The notes below the pieces were generated by a model, which saw only the letters and a list, made by a program, of their open reading frames with translations, did no database searches and was not told the DNA's origin. Positions 1-11,900 of a stretch of DNA of 64,000 nt are shown piece after piece. Where the stretch lies: assembly GCA_964016885.1 (NCBI GenBank), contig OZ024742.1, forward strand, positions 77,066,001-77,130,000, read 5' to 3'. Both the position numbers and the translations under genes were made by a program. The stretch is from Eledone cirrhosa. Taxonomy: Eukaryota. How positions within the stretch are numbered: the stretch's first letter is position 1; the number at the start of each line of letters is the position of its first letter.

Positions 1-129
1 TCTCACACACACAACACCCATATACACACACAACTCACTCCACCATTTCTACTAATAGAATCATCTTCCTATACACACACACACACACAAGCACACAAAT
101 AAACGTACATATCCCTACTTTCTTTATTT

Positions 130-815
130 CAATAGAAAGTTTGAATTCTGACACCCCAGCGAACCAGCCATATTCACTGAACCACAACAATTATCCCATT
201 CCATTTCTCTTGACCATTATCTTTTGTTTGTCATAAAATTCTCTAAAAGGCTACAAAATCAATTCCCAAATACGGGCCCGAAATTTAATGAACTTGTTCA
301 CGTGACGAGCATAATTTCATTTATAACCAATCAAATTACATTTATATAAAAAGCCTTCGTGAGCCCCTTTTTTTAAGTAGAAAGAAATTCAAACAAACTG
401 CAGCGATAGCTGATGTGCTTATTCACGTGACTGCATCAACCAACCAAACTTCATTCATACCTGACCCCTCTTGTTTGAAGAACTTTGTAATGCGAACTGC
501 CACGAAATTTATTATCCTTATTGACCAACCAATCAAATTACTTCTCTAAAAACCTGGCGTTTCGAGCCACTTTTTTCCATATAAAACAAGTAACATTCAA
601 AGACAAACCAGATGTGAGAAAAACCACAGACCCTTCATCTCAACTCTACTTTTGAAAAGCAGAAGAACTGCTAAACCTGTAAAGGAACCAAATAAATATA
701 TATATATTTTTTGAAAATAAGACTCCAGTTGCATTTTCGATTTGATCTTTGTTTCTTTATACATTCACTCGTGTAGGACACCTCGGTTATATTTCATTTT
801 GTAAAAAAACCTCAC

Positions 816-822
<7 letters not shown>
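130..822 (+). mobile_element. PLE pseudo-LTR / 3' terminal fragment (family with U3-A8 HHR), ending in (TA)n
   Basis: 613-822 is near-identical to 39401-39612 and related to 52855-53021 and 45697-45828. It shares TCACGTGAC and ACCAATCAAA motifs and the HHR-like block with the PLE terminus at 17900-18260. Degenerate HHR at 648-685. Confidence 0.6.
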
Positions 823-851
<29 letters not shown>

Positions 852-852
<1 letters not shown>

Positions 853-1088
853 ATAGCTTTCACCGTATTTTTGACTCAAGGAATTTTATCCTGATAATGA
901 GGTTTAGCACCCTCAGTTAAATGGAAAAAGATGAGTATTGACTCCCATGTACGTCAATACTCATATTTTTCCATTTATCTGAGGGTTCTATACCCCATTA
1001 TCAGGCTAAAATTCCTTTAGTAAAAAATACGGTGAAAGCTATTCAATTTTCTAATTTCAAACTGCTCACTGTTTCAAAACATACTTAA
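852..1088. repeat. ~190 bp fold-back palindrome of the tRNA-bearing 270-bp repeat family, between (TA)n tracts
   Basis: Arms 852-941 and 952-1043 are reverse complements. The centre GACTCCCATGTACGTC matches the 3' end of the tRNA-like unit at 63695-63710. Confidence 0.75.
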
Positions 1089-1269
1089 TATATATATATA
1101 TAACTTAAGCCAATTTGTTTATTTTGGGGGTTATAAGCTAGACCGATATCCATTTTATTATGGCAGTATAGTGAGTATTGTTAGTCTAGTCTAGTCACAG
1201 GGTCATAAGGCAATACTTTTCTATACATATATATATTTATGTATATATATTAATATATATACATATGAT

Positions 1270-1778
1270 GGCTGCAATTTGACTTCGAGTAATGCTATCG
1301 CTTGATACATATGCATGAGCAGCATAGACATGGCGCTTTAGTCTGCTAAGTATTAGCTAAGAGCCAGTCCTAACATGCATCGCAAAAGATGTCACATATG
1401 AAGCAATGTCTGTCCTTGAAGCTTTTTTTATGTGCAGAAAGAGTTTGCATCGACCCAATCCGACTCCCTGTACATCGAATCCATTTACCCAAAAAGTATA
1501 ACTGATTTACATCATTGGATTCACACAGTCACAGGTTTTATATCAGAGTGATCATCTTCTACAGAGACACATGTAATGAACTGTCGGGGTGTTTCACTCC
1601 ACTAACTGCTTCCTTTCACGGGATTTGCAATTTATTAACAGGGCGTCAGAAGTCACACTCTGTGCAGGCAAGCTTGGCGGGTTTGCCTGTTTAGCAGGGT
1701 CATCACCGATGAAACTGGCGACTCCACCATACTTATTTATTGAGGAAGGCTATTTTGGACAACCTGTGGGATGAAACA
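1270..1778 (-). mobile_element. Decayed SINE/RTE-5'-UTR-like repeat
   Basis: The reverse complement of 1690-1775 (…GTCCAAAATAGCCTTCCTC…TGGTGGAGTCGCCAGTTT…) resembles 61770-61860. The left boundary is uncertain. Confidence 0.35.
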
Positions 1779-2867
1779 CACTCACACACACACACGTGCG
1801 CGCGCACACACACACGCGTGTGTGTTGAGGTGGGCGGAAGGACTCGTATTCATGTCTGTATTTTATAAATTTATTATAGAATAACTAGGATTTTTATCAG
1901 CATAAAATATTACTTCTTTTCACAAAAAGCTTTACATTTTACGATATGCACCAATCATCAATATTCAATGATATTTATGTGCATTTAAGTATGTATGATA
2001 ACAGTATGTTATACTTAATGTGGCGTGGTAAATAAATGTATGCATATATACCAGGACTGAACATAATTGAAAGAATCTCCCACTATCACTGATTCCGTCT
2101 CTCACTATTGTGAGAAAATGGGGGCCCACGTGCTGACTGCTTCGTTGTCCCGGTAGACAGAATAGAGAAGGCGTTTCCGAGGAAGATGGTGAGACACACG
2201 CGCTGGAAGAGCCATTTCAGCTAGCAAGGCTCACACCTGCAGGTTGTCAACGCTGTGCCAATGGTGATCCTAGGTCCAAGGACACTAGAAGTCTCCACTG
2301 CTATGGGTTCGACCGCAAAACTGTCGGAGAGCGACCAATATTTGGAGAGTTTACTTTTCTCGGTCCAAAGTGCAGTAAAGCCACGGTTAATCACGGATTG
2401 CACCTGGTTATGGCTGGAGAATGTGTCGCTGCATGTGTCTTGCCAGATGAGAGGATATTATAGTATTGCATGATTTATAGAGTCTTGGACATAATATCCA
2501 GTGTCAATTGTTTAGTAACTTTGTGAACTCACTTCCCCACACGTCATTGTCTATTATTCCATTGATCCTATATAAAATTGCTACAGTTCAAGTGTTGGCG
2601 TTGTTTTAAACTTTGCGTCTTGCTGATTTACAATTAGCAGAACATTCATATTCTTTACATTGATTAGTTCATTATAATTTAGTAAATCCTTAAAAAATGT
2701 TCCGTTGATGAAACACAATATTGTGCTTTTAGTAATGCTGTTCTTTCGTTCGATAAACTATCTAAGCTACCGAAAGAAAACCGATTCCGTATGAGACGAA
2801 TTATATAGAAAATGCTTTTATGATATTATGAATAACATATCTCATGATAATGTTATATTACGCAAAG

Positions 2868-3025
2868 AGGTTGCAAATCGACAGAATCGTTAAAACGTCG
2901 GAGAGACATTTTTGCCATACTCGTTTCGAGTGTCTTCTCTCCGAGTTCAAAATCCCGTCGAGGTCAACTATCTCTTTTATCTACTCGAGCTCTATAAAAT
3001 GTACCCGCTAAGTAGTGAAGTCAAT
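2868..3025 (+). mobile_element. Degenerate tRNA-derived SINE copy
   Basis: GAGTTCAAAATCCCGTCGAGGTCAACT… matches the B-box and central domain of the copies at 35407 and 42803. Confidence 0.6.
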
Positions 3026-4448
3026 TTTTCCTCTATATTTTCTCACTTCCATTCCCTTACACTTTATCCTTCTCTGGATGAAATCTGATGAATTGAGACC
3101 CGGAGAGGGATGGGTTACGACCTAAGAGCGCCATATATAAATACAGCACCGATACTTCCCCACCAGGAATTACGAGACTATGCATAAATGCATATTGCGT
3201 TAAAAGAGGCATTTTAGCTCTGAGGATTATTATTTACGATGTTTGAGATATACCAAACGTCAGGCAAAAAGACAAAGAATTTGTTTTCTCACTGAATAAT
3301 TATTGAAATGTGTAATTTCTATCCTCTCCATGAACAATATTAGTAACGTTAGTGATTTTATAGCTACACATAAATGTTATTTGAGATAATTATGATAAAT
3401 AAATTATGTTTGCATGGAAAAAATGAGGCATAAAAAAGCAAAGGCTTGTCAGATAAAAATACGGAAGAGAAAATCAACCTGCGATTACAGGAAGAAACTC
3501 GTGTAGTATGTTTAGTAAAATATTGCTGGCAAATGGTCATACAAAAATAACTGATTAGTATCATATATTTATTAGAGGTATTGATTTTTATATATTTAAT
3601 GATTTTTAATTATAGAGATACTGAAAAATAATATTGTTTGTGCCAATTAATAATTTCATTTTCACACATACAGGTAAATCATATCACACTTGATATCTTT
3701 GTAATTTGCCCAATTATTATTATATAGTATTATAATCTAATATTTAACATCAATAAAATTAACGTCCTAACAAATACAGCCAACAAATACGCACACATAG
3801 CCACACGAACATACAATTACACACAAAAGCACACACATACAAAGACACACACAGACGCACACGCACACACACACACACACACGCACACACACACACAATA
3901 TATATATATATATATATACATGCATATATACATACGTGTGTATGTATATATGTATATATATATAGAATTATTACTCTGTGTTCATCATGACATTTTACTG
4001 ATCCTAAGAAATGCTTGGCTGGGACCATCACATCTCAAAATAAAAATATTCTGACATAACGGTGAGAGTAAAACTCGAAAGTGTACTGTAAAAAGCCTGA
4101 GGAGACATTTAGAATGCTAAATATACATTTATTTTCCAGCATACGCATACTCCCATTGGAAATTCTAAATCTAAATATAGTTATAGATAAATAAGCAAGT
4201 AAGAAATATGTATATGGTATTATATATTTAACACTTGATAAATTTAAAACAGATTAGACGGCTTTCGAATCCAGTCCAGTCCAGCGCCACCTCACTCCTG
4301 GTGGAGGAACCTCTCCCTGGTTGACTTCCACCGCTTTCTGTTTGGTTTTGGTCATGCCAGGCGTGTAGTCTTACTCACCACGCAAGGGCAATTGTTGTAC
4401 TCAAATATATATTCCATAAAACCTGAATGCTCAACACAGACCAAATTA

Positions 4449-4723
4449 TCTATATATATAAAACTGAGGATGTATGTCTGTGTGTGAGTTCGAATCCCTA
4501 AAACTCGAGAACCACTCAACCGACTGTTTTCAAACTTTACACATGTAATACTTATGTTTCAAATGTTTAATACCCTAGGGACAGCATTAGGCGATTTAGC
4601 GATCTCGCTCTATAATTCCTAGTCTTTTTCTTTTTAGATAGATACATACATACAACGTTGCGCCCTTATAATATCTGTCTGTATGTCTGGCTGTCTGCAT
4701 TACGTCACTTCCCCGAGTATGTA

Positions 4724-4769
<46 letters not shown>

Positions 4770-5369
4770 TGTGAGTTTGAATCCCTAAAACTCAAGTACC
4801 CAACCGATTTTTTTCAAACTTTACATGTGTATTACTTATGTTTCAGGAAGTGTTATGCACATGAAAAATTCAACTTTTGTTTATCTACTAGCGCCCGCAT
4901 TAGGTGAAAATTGCGTTTTTTAAGATTTTTAGGGGGTTTTTGAGGCGTTACGTCAGACCGATTTGCTTAAAATTGTAACTATGTATTAGTCAGTCTCTTC
5001 TTCATACCGTAAGCAAAGAAAATCCAACTTTCTTATGGCTTAGGGCCCGCATTAGGTGAACAACTTCATTGTTTTCAGCTTCTGAGGGCTTTTTGGAGGC
5101 GTTACTTCTAGCGGATTTTCCCGAAATTTAAAGGCATATTATGCACATAAAAAGAATTCATTTTCTTGATCCCCTAGGGCACGAATTAGGGGAAAACCTG
5201 CATTTTTTCTGCTTCATCGAGGAAAATCTTAAAGATTATCCACCCATCAGAGTATTCGGTTTATTTTCTTTACATATTGTCCAGGCATGCCGTTTTTCCA
5301 CGATTTTGTCTGTTGGCGGCCCGCGTTACAAAATACCTTATCCCGTGCAACACCGAGTACCACTGCTAG
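4449..5369 (+). mobile_element. Non-autonomous Helitron
   Basis: Starts TC (TCTATATATATAAAA) after an A and ends CTAG before a T. It has a subterminal GC-rich hairpin-like stretch (CCCGTGCAACACCGAG) and no TSD. Internal features are subrepeats (…CGCCCGCATTAGGTGAA…) and a (TG)n tract. Confidence 0.7.
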
Positions 5370-7164
5370 TACTTCTCTAAAACGCAGTACTTAAAACATA
5401 TGATTAAAACGAACAACGACATACCCTATTAATCAAGAGATGATTGCAGTTAAAACAATAGTACACCAAGAACATATATAGAGGGCCTAAAGCTAAAGCT
5501 CTGATGTATTTAATATGTATATATTTTCCTTAATAAACGATTATATCATAACACGTAAATATCGTAATATGTAACAGGAGAAATATGCATTAAATTTTGA
5601 TTAAACAAATAATATATTGAAAGATATCTTTATTTAACGAGAAATAAAATTCCTAAGGTCCCAGATAAGATTTCTATTACATTACTCATGTCGATAAACG
5701 CAGCATATGGTGCACAGCGTCCCGAAATACAGTAAAACAGTATAACCACAAGATGAATATTATAAAACAATAGATTTTCCTCCAGGATTAGCTCTATATC
5801 TTAGAATGAATTTAACAAAATTATAAAATTACTATCTTATACTTAGGTTTGTTTACAAACGTTCCTCTGCCCGAAACAATACACACTATATTGTGTAAAA
5901 ACAACAAATAACATATTTTCTCGCTATTGCACTTCACATATTGAAAATATCAATAGTGCCTTAACAACCAGATATCTTCCGCTTCCCACAAACCAAATTA
6001 TATAATTAACAATATCGAGTACACACTTGTTTTCTTTTCGTAAACACATTGAAGCCGTTCTACATAGATCTAATTGAATGGAATATTGTCGTAATTAAGA
6101 GTGAGAGAAATCAAGGTAATACCCGTTTATTAATATTCAACGTATTTAATAGTTCAATAATCCTTTTTTGTATTTAACATATACATTTTTAGAAATAGAT
6201 ATTCATATATAAAATGAATGTAAATCAAGAAGCAACAGTTCGTTCTATTTACCCTTACGAGCTAGTACAATGTATCACATCATATAACACAGAAATACAA
6301 TTAGATACGAAATCATTATTCAACACCACAACGTAACAATTGAGAATTCCCAACAAAAAAATATGCGATTAATGAGGCAAGCTCAAATTATAAACATATA
6401 TGAAGCGTATGTAAATATCAAACAGAAATTAACATTCCTCTACTGGTGCTGATTCCAATAACTGCATGTAAACTTTGTACTGCCTATGTTAAAGCAGAAG
6501 CAAAGCAAGCACACAATTTAATGTCAACAAGAGAAGTGCATGTAACAACACATATATAGATAGATATACACAAATTTTGTATAATTTCACATGGAACTTG
6601 CACTGATAGCAGTTCAGCTAAGTCATGGAAATAATACAAATTTATTGTCCTTCCAAAAACGTATGTGCATAAATTGATGAGGAAATTAAGTTGAACCACT
6701 AAGGAATATGTGGTTTTTGAAGCCTACATATCAGCACACATCATTTGCCCAAAATACTTGCAGATGCTAAAATATAAAAGAGTATAACTGTATACAATTC
6801 GAATACGAAGCAAATATATTTATTATTCACTGAAAATGTATTTTTTGCGTTTATGGTATTTATGATAAAGCCTTTTGCTTCATTCAAGGCGAACCATAAC
6901 CAATAGTGAAGTCATTGCTTTGTGATTACGCTTGGGAATTTGCCAGCGCATTCCATTAGATCTATGCACCGCGCATGTTTCCTTGAGAAGACGCGTCTCA
7001 TTCAATCCAGCACTGATTTTCATTCTGCCTTGCAATACTCGGCTACACATCTAGTATGTGCATGTCGGAGATAACTTGTCGACTAGTTTCGTAGCTCCAA
7101 GTTGTCTGAAGATGCCAAACGGCTGGTCCTACACCTAACAATCTTGATATCTATTCCAGGACCG

Positions 7165-7555
7165 GGGTGCTTGGTGGGGAGTTTCAGGTACCTCGGAGGA
7201 TTTTTCAGGTGTAACGAAAGGCAGGAGTCTGAATTAAGTGCAATAAGTACAGGACCTAGTACTGTAATGCGCCAGTTTCAGCATTCCGTCATCGGAAGAA
7301 GGAAGGTAGATGGAAAAGCCAAATTCGCTATCTTTAATTCGGTATTCGTGCCATCCCTCACCTATAGTTATCAATCTAGACTCTAGATTCTAGAGCAATA
7401 ACCGAAAGTATACGATCCCGAATACCAGCAGTCAAAATAGGGTTACTCCAAAGGGTCCTTGGTGTAACATTACTAACCCCCCCCCCCCCATAGAGTGCGC
7501 AGCTCGAAGATCAGCGAGTCACTCCTTCTAGTGTCACTACCTCTCCGAATTGAGA
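7165..7555 (+). mobile_element. RTE-clade LINE ORF fragment (decayed)
   Basis: Translation VGSFRYLGG…KAKFAIFNSVFVPSLTYS…LLQRVLGVTL matches the post-RT region of RTE/Expander-type ORFs. Confidence 0.65.
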
Positions 7556-7610
7556 AATCAGAGCTTTGATACTAAAAATATGGGACATAATAGCTATCAT
7601 CATCATCATC

Positions 7611-8390
7611 ATATCTTGTCGCGCCAGTGCCGTATCCTTTGAAGTGCAGCGTGGTTTGCTTCCATCAGGTCTTGGTCGGAGAATGTGGGTCCCAGTGAGC
7701 ACCCACGGAGGATGTGGGCTATGGTCTGGAAGGTCTCGCCGCAGGGGCCCAATCCCTACTTGTGGAGGTTGTCTCCAGTTTTGCCCGTGTTGGCTCTGGC
7801 TCTGTTTAGGGTTACCCAGTCCTTTCTGCTAAGATATGTTCCATTTGGGAGGGTTTCATTTGGTCTTGGCAAGGCCGCACTGGATGGGCGGCGGTCACTC
7901 TCCCTCTACTTTTCCAACCTGTAAGCCGCCGATTGTGCATGCTCCAGGCTATCCACGGTTAAGAAGCTTTTTCGAGATTTTAATCGTCTTTCCTGGTGGC
8001 CATAGAGCGGATGCCTGAGGTCGTGTTGTTGTTTGTACTGTTCAGAGTGTATATGGCAAGAGTGTATACGGCTGGAAGGGGAGTTGCTTTTAATGTTCCG
8101 GTATTCATCCGGCATGATTTGTTCACTCTGGGTCAACTCTGTTTACATGGCACGACCTTGTTAATTACTGATGAACAATATTTTGCGGTAGAGTAGCTGA
8201 GTGCCAGTGCTGTTTGCAATAGCTATGTAAATTATCGTTGGAGAGATTTTACATGCAAAATCAATTGGCAAGAGATTCAGAGGTATGGCCTGAGCAAGAT
8301 ATTAGGTTATCAACCATGAGTTCGACTGGTCACTCTTGGGTATATACCCGGGTGAATTGGTGACAGTTGTTCCTGTCTGAACACGAATGA
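7611..8390 (-). mobile_element. Vingi/Ingi-like LINE 3' fragment ending at (GAT)n
   Basis: The minus strand encodes TALALSYSTAKYC…SCRMNTGTLKATP…WVTLNRARANTGKTGDNLHK*G…CGETFQTIAHILRGC (C-terminal Zn-knuckle-like region). It has stops and frameshifts and a (CAT)n tract at 7597-7611. Confidence 0.6.
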
Positions 8391-8475
8391 TGACACCACT
8401 ACCAAAACCCCCTCAGAGAGAATTTGTTGAAGAAGAAGTAAAAGATGAAGACAGAACAAAGGAAAAATAATTATT

Positions 8476-8664
8476 ATTTCTACTATAGGCACAAATCCAA
8501 CACTTTGTGGGGAGCGTAATGTCCTTTAATAAACCGGAGTGCGTGACTATTACTTCATTTTATCGAGCCCATAAGAAGAAAAGGCAAAGATAATCTCGGC
8601 GGGACTTGAACTCAAAATGTACAGGGCCGTAACTCTATGTCACTAAGCATGCTGTCTGACGCTC

Positions 8665-8666
<2 letters not shown>
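8476..8666 (-). mobile_element. tRNA-derived SINE copy
   Basis: The reverse complement contains GAGTTCAAGTCCCGCCGAG and GCCTTTT…TCGATAAAATGAAGTA, as in the other copies. Confidence 0.7.
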
Positions 8667-8702
<36 letters not shown>

Positions 8703-8705
<3 letters not shown>

Positions 8706-8935
8706 GTGGTCCCGATTGTCATAGGCGCTCTAGGTACTATCTGAAAGAGTTTCCAAAGATGGTTAAAGAAAATTGTTCCCGCCCCGCTTTTTGGAACACT
8801 TCAAAAGGCATGCTTGCTGGGAACAGCAAGAACCCTCCGATACGTCCTGAATATCTAAGGCTGCAGGTAGTGGCTTGATATTCATTTCAACAAACTTTCC
8901 AGTTAAATAACATCAATGACTGAGACTCAAAGAAC
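8703..8935 (+). mobile_element. 5'-truncated R4/Dong-clade non-LTR element 3' end inserted in (TAA)n
   Basis: Encodes KVVPIVIGALGTI*KSFQRWL…LQKACLLGTARTLRYVLNI*, the typical R4/Dong RLE C-terminus. It is flanked by (TAA)n at 8666-8703 and 8936-8975. Confidence 0.8.
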
Positions 8936-8975
<40 letters not shown>

Positions 8976-8976
<1 letters not shown>

Positions 8977-11900
8977 TTTTTTTATTGGCTACAACGGTTG
9001 ACATCAAGAAAAAACTTTACAGAAGACACGGGATGGTACAGGACGGTACGATGTGGGTTTTATGCTTGTAAAGATGTTTATTATTCATGTAAGAAAAGAA
9101 AAAGAAAAAGACATAGAAACAGATATATATATAAAAAAAACAATAAAAATGAAAATTGAAACAATTAAGAATTCCCCATTAGGGGGGGGGACCTCCCAGG
9201 GTTACTCGTGGCGAAAACCACACAAAAGACTACGGCCACCCTGATCACCAGGGCAAGGGCCTCTCTCAATGTTTCCCATTTCTCAAACTACAGGCGTATG
9301 TTCAGAGCGGCGCGTTCACTCGGACCATTCTCGCTACATTCACCCACCTTTCAACAAACTTTCTAGAAGGCAGCACAGGCCTCTCCACCCTGATTTTCCT
9401 CTTCAAGTGAAACTTGAAAAAGTTAATCAGGGATTCGCCGAAGAGGAAAGTGTCTGTCTTTAACCCTTTCAACCTTGTCCACCACACAATCTCTTTCGCC
9501 ATGGCCACCAGGCAGATTAAAAACCGCCTGTCCTTGCTCCTCGAGGGAAGACGGTGAGACCATCTGCACAGTCAACTCAGTCGATAAACGGATCAGTCCT
9601 ACACACGACACCAACTGTTCGACGTAGCTCCACAACTAGGCAATGCTCGGACACTGAACGAGTGCGTGCACGGCAGTTTCGTCGCTCTACGCGCATCTCA
9701 GACAGGCTCGGCTGACGGCACTTGCGTGCCTGTAGAGATTATCTCGAACCGGCAACGCTTCCCGGTAGCACTGCCAGTCCATCAAGTTTTGGAAGTTATC
9801 CATAGGCCCTGGGCTGAAATTTCTCCGGAAGAAACCAAACAGCCCATCTTCTTCGACGCCCAGGAGCTCTCGAGAACGTCGTCGCTCTTTTCCTCCACTA
9901 GTCCTCTATATAACGCCGACTTGGATGTTCCACCGATACTGGTGCCTAGCTGTTCACCGTCAAGGAAGAACCAGAGATGCCGCGGCCTCAGCGTATGTTT
10001 GCGCATCATCAGCCATGGCATGCTCAGTCCTCCACGCAACGGGTGTTGACAGCAGATGGATCGTCTGACCATGGGAACGCGTCCCTTCCACAAAAAAGCG
10101 GAAGAAGAATCGCTCCATTTTGGTCAGAGTTGGGCCGGGGCAAGGGACGACTGTAAGGTGGTACCTGATGATGGATGCGATGTACGCATTCGCGATCTCC
10201 GCCCGGCCTTTCAAGGACATCTTCCTCTCGGCCCATTTCAGGGTGAGGGAGGCCACGCTGCTCGTCACCTCGCTCCAGTTTTTCTCCATCTGGTGGTCCG
10301 GTCCGAACCAGACCCTGAGCAATTTAACCGGTCCGTCGGGCGGCATGGACTTGCCTCTCCAGGTGCCGAGCTGCAAGCCCACCGACTTTTCCTCGTTTAT
10401 CTGTCAACGCTTCGTATTCCTTGAGAGCGGTGGAGAGCATCTGGACGTGTCTATTGCTCGACACCACCACGGTGACGTCGTTGGCGTAAGCCCACTCAGA
10501 TTTCCCGCATCCTATTTCCGTGGGACGCCCCTCAGCGACCCCAGTTTGTGCAGTAACGGCTCGGGAGCCAATACGTACAAGAGGGACGAGAGGGGGAAAC
10601 CCTGGCGGACCGAATGCATGATGCTGAACGGCTGCGACAGGTGACGGTTCACCCTCACAACTAAGCAGATGTCGATGTACATCGCAGCGATCCAACCCCT
10701 GAAAACGGGCCCGAAACCGACTGCCTCGAAGACCGCCGCCAGGTACCGATGGTCGACCCTGTCGAATGCTTTGGATTGATCCAAGTTGATCAGGGTCTCA
10801 CGGGTGCCAGGTTCATTAACCACACTCTTTACGATGTATCGCATGAGGTGGAGGTTGTCGTGTATGGATTTGTCCGGAATCGCGCATGTCTGCGCCTCTC
10901 CCACCAGACCCCCGACGACAAGCACCAGCCTCGTTGCTAACACCGTGGCCAAAATCTTGAACTCTGCGTTTAGCAGGTTAAGGGCCTGAAGTTATCGATA
11001 ACATCCCCCTTGTTCGAATCTATTCTCAGCAACCCCACCGCTCCCAGGTTCACAAAACTGGGAATGCTCCCGTTCTGCTGCCAGTAGCAGTAGACGTCTG
11101 CCAAGAGGTCACCGAACAAGTCTGGCATAAATGCATAAATCTCGTAGGGCACACCATACAAACCTGGCGATTTACCCCTCGTGCAGGTAGCCATCGGTTC
11201 CCGTATTTCACCGGCCGATATTGGCTTTTCGCAACACTGTGCTGCGGTTGTCGAGAGCCGAGGCAGTCCGTCGAGGTATGCCCTGAAGTTCATACCCCGA
11301 TCCTGCCCGCCACTGCTCCTGAAGATTTCACCGAAGTGCTGCTGAAAAGCCTCACACATATGCTCGGGTTCGAGCAACACGCGCCCGTTTTGGTCAGAGA
11401 AAGACCGAATTGTGGCCATGTTGCCACCCGGCCCCATTGGACGGCTTTTGTCCCGTCGTGTTTCAGAGCACGCGCTATAACTCTGACAACGCAGCCTTTG
11501 TGTTTTGCGTTGAAGAATTGGTCGAGTGCCAATCTCAACGGAAGCGGGTCGGTTGCGATGCCTGTCCTAAACGCCTCTTCTAGTTTTCTGACTAGCTCTC
11601 CCTCTATTTTCCTCTATCACGTGTCCTTTGTTAAACCTAATCGACTCGACTTTAATTGCCCTTTTCAGGGCGAACCACCACCTGTTGTTGACGACTGCTC
11701 CCGTCAACGCCCGCTTAACTAATACGCTAATCCGGTCTCTGTAGGCTTTGCGCGCCGGGAAAGACGCGGTTAGCTTCCAGTAACCGGGTACTAGTCTATG
11801 AAGTTTGTCTATTTCAATCTCACAGATCACAAATTTGTGGTCTGTGTAGTCGACTATTTTAAATTGTGTACAAGTTATACTAGCCGTATCTAGTTCTCTG

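Noticed and set aside
2109-2470. GC-richer segment with TG…CA ends, possibly a solo LTR
   Set aside because: No matching TSD or second copy in the window, so it cannot be supported.
3084-3130. CTGATGA followed by a hairpin
   Set aside because: No GAAA, stem III or stem I closure. The same holds for CTGACGA at 48669 and CTGAAGA at 54738.
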